Source: an uncultured Gemmatimonadales bacterium (GTDB lineage: Bacteria; Gemmatimonadota; Gemmatimonadetes; Longimicrobiales; RSA9). From it: a stretch of DNA of 64,000 bases. This document shows positions 25,749 through 34,118 of this stretch, piece by piece. The DNA lies in NCBI GenBank assembly GCA_963798085.1, contig CAWCRS010000003.1:928001-992000 (forward strand), read 5' to 3'. Below the pieces are notes generated by a model. The model did not search any database and had not been told where the DNA came from. It saw only the letters and a program-made list of their open reading frames with translations. Numbering within the stretch: the first letter of the stretch is position 1; each line of letters begins with the position of its first letter. The translations under genes and the position numbers were made by a program.

Positions 25749-25851
25749 GAGTCCGGTTTCTGCACGGATCAGCCACCTTCGATGTCGGCCTGATCCCGGC
25801 AACCCGTTGAAATCACGACCTTTTCTCGGGATCCGCCCTGACTCCCACCGA

Positions 25852-25893
25852 AATGGGGTTCAGGGGGTCGCCGGTTCAAATCCGCCGTCCCGA
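25852..25893 (+). mobile_element. 3' half of tRNA-Pro(GGG): att-site remnant
   Basis: AATGGGGTTCAGGGGGTCGCCGGTTCAAATCCGCCGTCCCGA gives anticodon loop, T-arm and acceptor 3' strand. No 5' half upstream. Confidence 0.75.
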
Positions 25894-26031
25894 TTTTCTG
25901 AAGTTCTTGCGGTACACAGGCAGAGGTTCATCAGGAATCGTGCGATCGATTTCGCCTGTTATGAACTCACCGGCCCGCGGACGGACAGACGTTACGGGGC
26001 GGGTCTCGGGTGCCATGCAGTAGAGACGGAC

Positions 26032-28473
26032 TTACGTCACGAGCGCTTCGTGCGGCTGCACGCGCAGCGCGCGGCGTAGCGGCACGGCGGCCGCCACAAT
26101 GCTGACCGCGCCCAGCGCCAGTACGGCGAGCACGGCAAACAGCGGGCTGGCTGCGCGCGCGCCGTAGAGGAAGGATGCCATGAGCCGGGCGGTCACCCAT
26201 GACGCGGCCAGTCCGGCGACGACGCCGATGGCGACGATGCGCAGTGCGTGACCGTACACGGCCCGGGCCACGTCGCTGTGCCTCGCGCCGAGAGCCACGC
26301 GCACCGCGATCTCTCTCGAGCGTGTCGCCACGGTGAACGCGAGCACGCCATAGAGTCCGAGCGCGCTCAACAGCATCGCGAGAATGCCGGCATAGGAAAC
26401 GGCGCTGCCCGCGAGGCGCACCGAGCGGTAGGCGTCGGCGATGGCCTGCTGGACGGGCTCGACGTCGCTGACGGGGACGGCGGGGTCGACGGCGCGGGCG
26501 GTGGTCTGCAGCAACATCCGCGTCGCGGCCGGGTCGCCGGTCACGCGCACCGCGAACCTCGCCTCAATGGCGGTGGGGTCCTGCCAGAAGGCGGTGTAGA
26601 CGACGGGGGCGCCGGCCTCGTCAGGACGGCGCACGCGGTGGTCGCGGACGACGCCGATCACGGTGGCTTCGGCGCCGTCGACGACGAGCGGCTGGCCAAT
26701 CGGCGAGGCGTCGGGCCACTGGCGACGGGCTAACGCTTCGTTGACCACGACCACGCGCGGCGAGCCGACGATGTCACGGTCGTCAATGGCGCGGCCGGCG
26801 ACCAGCGGGATGCCGAGGGTCTCGAAGAAACGCGGGCCCACCTGTTTCCAGGCGGCTTCGGGCTGCGGGGTGCCGGCGGGCGGCGTGTGACCCGGAAGCC
26901 ACGTCGTCGCATGAAATCCGTAGAACCAGACCTCGCCGGTGCCGGCGAGGGTGACCGATTGCACGCCGGGCACCGACTCGAGGCGGGCCACGATCTCGCG
27001 CAGCACGGGCCTGGCGCGGGCGGTGTCGTAACCGACGAGGCCGGGCCGCACGCGCGTGCCCACGACGTGCGCGGCATTGGCGAGTGCGTCACGCAGGACA
27101 TTGCGCATGCTCTGCACGAGCATGCCGGCGCTCACGAGGCCGAGGCAGGCGAGGGCGATCTGCAGGGCGAGGAGGATATCGCGCGCAGGGGTCCGGGCGC
27201 GGCCGCCGGCACGGGCATCGCCGCGGAGCACGCCACCGGGATCGGCGCGCGCGACCTGGACGGCCGGGCCGACGCCGAAGGCGAGGCCGGCCATGAGCGC
27301 GAGCAGCGCGGCACTCGCCATGACCATGGGGCTGAGGCGCAGCCCATACGGGAAGCGCGCTCCCAGGTACATTGACTCGAGTGCGGCCTGCAGCCAGATC
27401 GCGACAAGCAGACCCGCGCCCGCGCCCAGCAGTGCAAGCGCGACGCCTTCGATCGCCAGCTGGCGCACGATGCGTGACGGGGAGGCGCCGATGGCGCGGC
27501 GGATGGCGATCTCGCGGTAGCGCGCGACGCCGCGCACGAGGAGCATGCCGGCAAGGTTGGCGCAGGCGACGAGGAGGAGGAGCACGCCGGCCGCCAGCAG
27601 CAGGGCTACGACCTTGCGGTGGTCGTCGCGGTGGGTTCCCGCGGCAACGCCTCGCAAGGGCCGGAGCTCCAGGCGGAAGGCGCCGTCGAAGGCGCCGAAG
27701 GTGACGCGTGCGTCGCGCTGGCTGGCGAGGCGCTGGCCGAGCACCGTCATTTCGGCCTGTGCCTCCTCGAGCGTGCGGCCGGGTGCGAGCCCGCCGAGGA
27801 GCGCGAGGATGCGGCAGTCGCTGGCGAAGGCATTGCCACAGAAGCGGTAGCCGATGGCGAGCGTCGAGAGGGGAATCCAGACATCGTTCGGCTCGCCGAT
27901 CTGCGCGCCGCGGAACGCGGGCGGCGCGACCCCCACCACGGTGAAGGCCGCGCCGTTGAGCATGAGCGTCCGGCCGATGACGCCGGGGTCCCCGCTGAAC
28001 CACTCGTGCCACGCACGGAACGAGAGCACCGCGACGGGCGCCGGCGTGCGCGCGCGGTCCTCCTCGTCGTTGAAGAAGCGGCCGGCGGCGGGCCTGATGC
28101 GGAGCAGCCGGAAGTAGCTGGCCGAGACGACGGCGCCGGCGACAATGCGTGCGTCACCGGCCTGCGTCAGTGTGAGCGGCGATGTCGAATAGTGCGCGGC
28201 CACCTGCGTCAGCGTCCGGCTCTGCTGCACCAGGCTCGCGTACTCGTCCCAGGCGAACGCGCTCGGCTCGTAGATGCGGTCGCCGAAGCTCGCGTAAATG
28301 CCGACGACGCCGCGGCTGTCGGCGCCGGGAATCGGGCGCCGGAAGAGCGCATCGGCGAGAGAGAGGATCGCGGTGTCGGCACCGATGGCGAGCGCCAGCG
28401 TCACGACGGCAACGCCAGTGAACACGGGGCTCCTGCGCATGATGCGCAGGCAGTAGACGAGGTCGTGCTTCAT
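26032..28473 (-). CDS. ADOP-family ABC permease
   Basis: MKHDLVYCLRIMRRSP, TLALAIGA, ACANLAGML, REIAIRRAIGA and REIAVRVALGA. GGAGAGG RBS. Confidence 0.92.
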   Translation of the reverse strand: MKHDLVYCLRIMRRSPVFTGVAVVTLALAIGADTAILSLADALFRRPIPGADSRGVVGIYASFGDRIYEPSAFAWDEYASLVQQSRTLTQVAAHYSTSPLTLTQAGDARIVAGAVVSASYFRLLRIRPAAGRFFNDEEDRARTPAPVAVLSFRAWHEWFSGDPGVIGRTLMLNGAAFTVVGVAPPAFRGAQIGEPNDVWIPLSTLAIGYRFCGNAFASDCRILALLGGLAPGRTLEEAQAEMTVLGQRLASQRDARVTFGAFDGAFRLELRPLRGVAAGTHRDDHRKVVALLLAAGVLLLLVACANLAGMLLVRGVARYREIAIRRAIGASPSRIVRQLAIEGVALALLGAGAGLLVAIWLQAALESMYLGARFPYGLRLSPMVMASAALLALMAGLAFGVGPAVQVARADPGGVLRGDARAGGRARTPARDILLALQIALACLGLVSAGMLVQSMRNVLRDALANAAHVVGTRVRPGLVGYDTARARPVLREIVARLESVPGVQSVTLAGTGEVWFYGFHATTWLPGHTPPAGTPQPEAAWKQVGPRFFETLGIPLVAGRAIDDRDIVGSPRVVVVNEALARRQWPDASPIGQPLVVDGAEATVIGVVRDHRVRRPDEAGAPVVYTAFWQDPTAIEARFAVRVTGDPAATRMLLQTTARAVDPAVPVSDVEPVQQAIADAYRSVRLAGSAVSYAGILAMLLSALGLYGVLAFTVATRSREIAVRVALGARHSDVARAVYGHALRIVAIGVVAGLAASWVTARLMASFLYGARAASPLFAVLAVLALGAVSIVAAAVPLRRALRVQPHEALVT

Positions 28474-28649
28474 GCGGGCATCCTCTCCGTGGCGGTCGCC
28501 CGCGTGTGCAGGGCAACCGCCGCGCCAGCGCGCGCCCGGGGCCAACCGCTTGCTGCGGTTGCGATTGGCGGCGCCTGCCGGAACTCCACTGCGGGCGTGT
28601 CGTGCCGATTCCGGGAATCCGCGATCGATAACGGAACGACGCGCGCGGC

Positions 28650-29115
28650 TGCCATCCGCAAGTTCGACGACATCCCCTGCTGCGCCCGGGGCCGCTCGGG
28701 CTGGGCGAGGTCGTGTACAGCACGACCCTGCTGCCGGGCGAACAGGTGCGGCTGGCCACCACCGACCGGCGCAGCCGCTTCAGCTTCGACAGCGAGAGCA
28801 AGCTCAGCTACCGCAGCGAGCAGAACCGCATCAACAAGACGGAGACGATGAAGCTGGAGCTGGTGAGCATCGAGCGGCGGGTGATCGATCCGGTGGCGCT
28901 CATGCCGGTGCCGGCCAACCCGGTGTTAGCGGTGGGCAACATCGCCAGCATCCCGCAGGAGGTGCCGGCCACGGCGGAACGCGAGGCGGCGCTCGCCGAG
29001 GTCGATGCGCAGCTGGTGGAGCGGGGGCTGATCGACAAGGCGGGCGGCAAGGTCAGCACGGCGGCGCAGAAGGAGTTCGGCTACGAGCGTCGCGTCGCGC
29101 TGCCCACGGCGGGCG
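28650..29115 (+). pseudogene. Fragment of an uncharacterised gene
   Basis: Coding-like stretch GLGEVVYSTTLLPGEQVRLATTDRRSRFSFDSESKLSYRSEQ... with no credible start; runs into the vapC stop. Confidence 0.45.
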
Positions 29116-29505
29116 TCACGCGCCCACGTCCACGAGATCCGAATATTTCGCGAGCAGACGATCGACCGTGAGCAGGCGCGCCGGCTCGTGCAGCGCCTGC
29201 GCGATCAGCAGCCGGTCGAACGGATCCCGATGGTGAAGCGGCAGGTTGCGAACCGCGGCCGCGTGCACCGCCATAACAGGGAGTTCGTCGAAGCCACGCT
29301 CCACAGCGGTCCTGGCGATCTCCTCCGGCGCCACCTCAAGCGAGATGCGCCCGATCTGCATCCTGATCTCCAGTTCCCAGATGCTGGCGGCCGAAAACAG
29401 AACCTCGTTCTGCGCTGATTCGAGCCGCTCGCGAAACAGCTCGGGTAGCCGGTCGGGCTCGAACGCTGCCCGGAGCAGCACGTGCGTATCAACGAGCAGG
29501 CGCAT
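29116..29505 (-). CDS. vapC: PIN-domain toxin (VapC-like)
   Basis: MRLLVDTHVLL, SAASIWE and HRDPFDRLLIAQA. Confidence 0.92.
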   Translation of the reverse strand: MRLLVDTHVLLRAAFEPDRLPELFRERLESAQNEVLFSAASIWELEIRMQIGRISLEVAPEEIARTAVERGFDELPVMAVHAAAVRNLPLHHRDPFDRLLIAQALHEPARLLTVDRLLAKYSDLVDVGA

Positions 29506-29749
29506 CCGTTCGACCTTCGAAATCGGCAATGACCTCGTCGGGCAGTGCCGCGTCGAAATCGTGTGGGACCCGGAATTTTCCCTTGAGCCAGCCGAGCTTG
29601 CGGCGCTTGCGGGCGGGGCGCACGGGCACCAGCCGCGCGACCGGCTTGCCAGCCTTCGCGATCACGATTTCCTCACCACCGCCGGTCCCCTCGACGAGGC
29701 GGGAGAGATGGGTCTTGGCCTGGTGGATGTTGATGGTGCGGACGCTCAC
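29489..29749 (-). CDS. Phd/YefM-family antitoxin
   Basis: NIHQAKTHLSRLVE...EEIVIAKAGKPVARLVP; overlaps vapC. Confidence 0.92.
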   Translation of the reverse strand: MSVRTINIHQAKTHLSRLVEGTGGGEEIVIAKAGKPVARLVPVRPARKRRKLGWLKGKFRVPHDFDAALPDEVIADFEGRTDAPAR

Positions 29750-29858
29750 AGCGATTTCTGCATTTGGTTTAGTTTAGTCTAGTCCACATCAGGGGTCTGC
29801 AGCGAAGGAGGAGCGAACGCAACGGCGGAGAGGCCAGGACTGGAGAGCCGCGGCTCAT

Positions 29859-30776
29859 TCAGCCCTGCGCGCGACGCGTGAAGCGGCCGTCGCTCAGCAC
29901 GACCCAGGTCTTCCCGCCGTCGGACGATGTCGAGTAGATGTGGCGGATCACGCCGGGCGACACGTTCTGCAGCACGTTCAATGCGAGGACGCGATTGCCC
30001 TTCGCATCGAGCACCCAGCCCTGGAAGCGCATCGCGCCATCCTTGTACTCGCCCTCGAAATCGTTGGACGCGTTGGCGTCGTCGTTCCAGATCATGCGCC
30101 AGACGTGACGGTTCGCGTCATAGAACGACATGCTCATTCCCTTCTGCCCGAGCTTGCTCACCCAGCGCTCGACAATGACGCAGCCGTCATACTCGCGCGT
30201 GTTGTCCAGCTCGCCCGAGGGTGGCGCGTCGGGTGTGTTCCACGGTGCGGCGTCGAAGGTGCCGACCCAGAAATCGAACGTATGCACGGCGCGACAGGGA
30301 TAGCGCACCTCTTCCGCTTTCTTCCTGATGTCGGCGAACTCGGCCATGGCGCGCAGGGGCGCGAACGCGGGCTCGCTCTCGAGCTGCGCGGGCGGCGCGC
30401 CGAGTGTCGCGGCCGTGCGAAGATGCTCCAGCGCGCCGCGGGTGTCGCCCTTGCGCGCGAGGACGCGCGCGATCCGGTACTGGACCAGTGCGGGCTGGAA
30501 CTCGAGCTGCGCGGCGTGCGTGTACGCGGCCACGGCATCGTCGCTCCTGCCGAGCTGCTCCAGGCTGCTGGCGAGGCGGAACCAGGCCATGGCGTTGCTT
30601 GCATCGTCGCGCACAATGGCGCGATACCTGTCAGCCGCGGTTTGCCACTGGTTCTGCTGGAACGCGGAATCGGCGCGGGCGAGCGCGGCCGCGTCTGCCT
30701 GCTGCTGGCCGGAGGCGGCACCGAAGGCGAGGAGGCACAGCAGGGACGACGTGGTGATCGATCGGGTGATGCGCAC
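29859..30776 (-). CDS. Secreted TPR protein with C-terminal DUF1579-like beta domain
   Basis: Signal peptide after AGAGGAG RBS and GTG 30776, TPR-like helices (AWFRLASSLEQLG) and FDFWVG...GCVIVERW domain. Confidence 0.7.
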   Translation of the reverse strand: MRITRSITTSSLLCLLAFGAASGQQQADAAALARADSAFQQNQWQTAADRYRAIVRDDASNAMAWFRLASSLEQLGRSDDAVAAYTHAAQLEFQPALVQYRIARVLARKGDTRGALEHLRTAATLGAPPAQLESEPAFAPLRAMAEFADIRKKAEEVRYPCRAVHTFDFWVGTFDAAPWNTPDAPPSGELDNTREYDGCVIVERWVSKLGQKGMSMSFYDANRHVWRMIWNDDANASNDFEGEYKDGAMRFQGWVLDAKGNRVLALNVLQNVSPGVIRHIYSTSSDGGKTWVVLSDGRFTRRAQG

Positions 30777-31360
30777 GGGGTTACTCTCCTCTGACCGTTG
30801 TACAATCGCGTGGAGCTCGTGGGCCCATTCGAGCCGCGGCGAATCAATGGAGCGACTGCGGTGCGGCGTCACGCTCCGAGGTGCGAACGGCATGGATTCA
30901 ATGGCTGATTCATTGATTGGCCGTGCGTTCCTGGTACACTTCGCTAACCGCTGTTTGGACCAGCCTCGATCCCAGTGACAGCCGGAGCAGCTGGCAGGTG
31001 CAGGGATTCCGCTGGGCGTACTAGCACTGTGTTAAGACCGGACGTGCAGAGCCGGCCCGCCCATGCTGGAGCCGGGAACATGGCTGCTGAACGGAGCGCG
31101 ACCCGCGCGTTTGCGGGCGTCGTCTGACCCCACGGGCCGGGGTCGGTCATCCCGGGGGATCCGGCTTGTCTTATCCAGGTTCAAGCGCCCTGGGAAGCTG
31201 CGGGATATGCTGGATCTCATCGCTGGCTTCGAAGCGGGAGAGCGGCCAACCTGAGCGGACAGCCCGTCGAACTGGAGGACGATCGCTCGTCGGATTCGTG
31301 GAGAGGCAATGCGGCGATCGTGTCGCCTGTAATCCGTAGTGAAGCGAAAGGCAACCGAGG

Positions 31361-32005
31361 ATGAGCAAGCTGCGCTTCAGCCTGGCCATGTCACTGGACG
31401 GCTACGTGGCCGGACCTGACCAGAGCCTGGAGAACCCGCTGGGCGAGGGCGGTATGCACCTGCACGACTGGGTGTTCCCGCTGGAGGCGTTCCGCCGCAT
31501 GCACGGCGAGGAAGGCGGCGAGGTGAACGCCAGCTCGGGTGTGCTCGAGGAGACGTTCGCGAACGCGGGCGCGTACATCATGGGGCGCAACATGTTCGGC
31601 CCGATCCGCGGCGGGTGGGATGCGTCGAACCCGTGGAACGGCTGGTGGGGCGAGAACCCGCCGTACCACACGCCCGTGTTCGTGCTGACGCGGCATCCGC
31701 GCGCACCGCTCGTGATGCAGGGCGGGACCACGTTCCACTTCGTGACCGACGGCATCCACGCGGCGCTGGAGCAGGCGAGGGGGGCGGCGCGCGGGCAGGA
31801 TGTGGTGATTGCGGGTGGTGCCAGCACGGTGCAGCAGTACCTCGCCGCGGGGCTGGTGGACGAGGTGAACGTGTCGCTCGTGCCGCTCTTCCTGGGTAGC
31901 GGCGAGCGGCTGTTCGACAAACTGGGCGCGCTGCCGCGGCTGGAGGCGGTGCGCGCGGTCGAGGCGCCGGGCGTCACGCACCTGCGCTATCGCGTGCTGC
32001 GGTAG
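31361..32005 (+). CDS. Dihydrofolate reductase-like (RibD C-terminal) protein
   Basis: MSLDGYVAGP, IMGRNMF, VIAGGA and GLVDE...PLFLGSGERLF. Confidence 0.9.
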   Translation: MSKLRFSLAMSLDGYVAGPDQSLENPLGEGGMHLHDWVFPLEAFRRMHGEEGGEVNASSGVLEETFANAGAYIMGRNMFGPIRGGWDASNPWNGWWGENPPYHTPVFVLTRHPRAPLVMQGGTTFHFVTDGIHAALEQARGAARGQDVVIAGGASTVQQYLAAGLVDEVNVSLVPLFLGSGERLFDKLGALPRLEAVRAVEAPGVTHLRYRVLR

Positions 32006-32160
32006 CGTCCGGCCCCCGGGAAATCGCTGTCGGTCCCGCCGCCTGGACGTGCGCGGCCGGGCCCGCCCAGTTTGGGTGGACCGAACCCGGACCCTGGCTG
32101 TAGACGATTCGAAGCAGCGCCGGCAGGCGCACACGATTTCCGCAGCGTGGATCCTCCATC

Positions 32161-34083
32161 ATGAACACGACACTTCGCTTCGACCGCCGGCGCGTCTTCG
32201 GGCGGCTGCTCACGGCCACGGTCTTCGCAATGCTGGTCTCGGGCGTTCCGGCGCGGGTCGCCGCGCAGTCGCTGTACATGCCGCGCGCGATCCGGCACAC
32301 CTATGCGGCGGGCACGCGGTCGCTCAATGGCAATCCGGGCGCGAAGTACTGGCAGAACCGCGGGCGCTACGTGATCACGATCGCGACCATGCCGCCGGAC
32401 CGGCGCGTGTCGGGCACGGAGCAGATCACGTACACGAACCAGAGTCCGGACACGCTCCCGGCGCTGGTGATCCGGCTGCTGCTCAACGGGCACAAGCCGG
32501 GCGCGCCGCGCTTCGGCGGCGCATCGCCGGACTATCTCACGTCGGGTGTGCACATCCGCTCGTTCGCGGTGAACGGCAAGCCGCAGAAATGGGAGGATGA
32601 ACCGGGCCTGTACACGTGGCAGCCGGTGCAGCTGCCCGCGAAGCTGGCGCCGCAGCAGTCGGTGCAGCTCGCGTTCGAGTGGTACTACGACGTGTCGCGC
32701 GAGGCGGGGCGCGAGGGGATGATCGACTCGACGACGTACTACATCGCGTACTTCTATCCGCGCGTTGCCGTGTACGACGACTACAACGGCTGGGACACGA
32801 TGGACCACGCCGGCCACGAGTTCTACAGCGACTTCAATGAGTACGACGTGACGGTGAACGTGCCGGCCAACTTCGTCGTATGGGGCACGGGCACGCTCAC
32901 GAACGCGGAGCAACTGCTGCAGCCGGGTCCGCTCGAGCGTTACCGCGCGTCGTTCACGTCGGACAGCACGCTGCGCATCGCGACGGGTGCGCAGGTGCAG
33001 GCGGGTGAGGTCACGTCGTCGCATGCAATGAACAGCTGGCACTTCACGTCGAGCAATGTGCCCGATGTCGCGTTCGGTCTGAGCGATCACTACGACTGGG
33101 ATGGGGCGAGCGTGCTGGTGGATGACGCGGCGCACCGGCGGGCGAGCGTGCAGGCGGCGTACAACGACACGGCGGCCGACTTCCACCGCATGGTGCAGTT
33201 CGGGCGGCATTCGCTCGACTACCTGTCGCACGTCTGGCCGGGCGTGCCCTATCCGTACGAGAAGACCACGGAGTTCCAGGGCGGCGCGGGCATGGAGTAC
33301 CCGATGATGGCGAACGACGAGTCGTACGCGGAAGCGGCGTTCGCGCAGTTCGTCGCCGCGCACGAGATCGCGCACACGTACATGCCCTTCTACATGGGGA
33401 TCAACGAGACGCGCTACGCGTTCATGGATGAGGGCTGGGCCACTACGTTCGAGTACCTCATCAACAGTGTGGACATGGGCGTGGCGGATGCGACGTCACT
33501 CTTCCAGCGCTTCCGCGTGAACGGCTGGGCGCAGGACCCGTCACCGCTCGAAGACCTGCCCATCATCACGCCCGCCGACGCGCTCGCGGGCGGCTCCTAC
33601 GGGATCAACGCCTACGGCAAGCCCGCGTTAGGCTACCTGGCGGTGAAGGACCTGCTGGGCGACGATCTGTTCCGGAAGTGCCTGCACGCGTACATGGAGC
33701 GCTGGAACGGCAAACACCCCACGCCGTGGGATTTCTTCTACACGTTCGACAATGTCGCCGGTCGTCCGCTCGACTGGTTCTGGAGCAACTGGTTCTTCAG
33801 CAGCAATTACATCGATCTGGCCCTGAAGAGCGTGACCAAGGCTAACAGCGGATACACCGTCGTCGTCGACAACATTGGCGGCATGGCCTCGCCTTTTGAC
33901 CTGGTGCTGCAGCTCGAGGGCGGCACCACCATGCGGCAGCACCAGACGGCGGCGGTCTGGGAACGCGATGCGAAGCAGGCCACCGTGCGCGTGAACACGA
34001 GCAAGGCCGTGCAGTCCGTGGCCATCGATGGCGGGATCTGGGTGGACGCGGATTCGAGCAACAACACGTGGAAGCGGAACTGA
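32161..34083 (+). CDS. Secreted M1-family metallopeptidase
   Basis: Signal peptide, GMEYP, HEIAH zinc motif and downstream DEG glutamate. Confidence 0.92.
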   Translation: MNTTLRFDRRRVFGRLLTATVFAMLVSGVPARVAAQSLYMPRAIRHTYAAGTRSLNGNPGAKYWQNRGRYVITIATMPPDRRVSGTEQITYTNQSPDTLPALVIRLLLNGHKPGAPRFGGASPDYLTSGVHIRSFAVNGKPQKWEDEPGLYTWQPVQLPAKLAPQQSVQLAFEWYYDVSREAGREGMIDSTTYYIAYFYPRVAVYDDYNGWDTMDHAGHEFYSDFNEYDVTVNVPANFVVWGTGTLTNAEQLLQPGPLERYRASFTSDSTLRIATGAQVQAGEVTSSHAMNSWHFTSSNVPDVAFGLSDHYDWDGASVLVDDAAHRRASVQAAYNDTAADFHRMVQFGRHSLDYLSHVWPGVPYPYEKTTEFQGGAGMEYPMMANDESYAEAAFAQFVAAHEIAHTYMPFYMGINETRYAFMDEGWATTFEYLINSVDMGVADATSLFQRFRVNGWAQDPSPLEDLPIITPADALAGGSYGINAYGKPALGYLAVKDLLGDDLFRKCLHAYMERWNGKHPTPWDFFYTFDNVAGRPLDWFWSNWFFSSNYIDLALKSVTKANSGYTVVVDNIGGMASPFDLVLQLEGGTTMRQHQTAAVWERDAKQATVRVNTSKAVQSVAIDGGIWVDADSSNNTWKRN

Positions 34084-34118
34084 AGCGACAAAGCTCATCC
34101 GGCCGGTTGCGCGCCGGG

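Noticed and set aside
25852..25893. Functional tRNA-Pro
   Set aside because: 5' acceptor strand and D-arm are missing.
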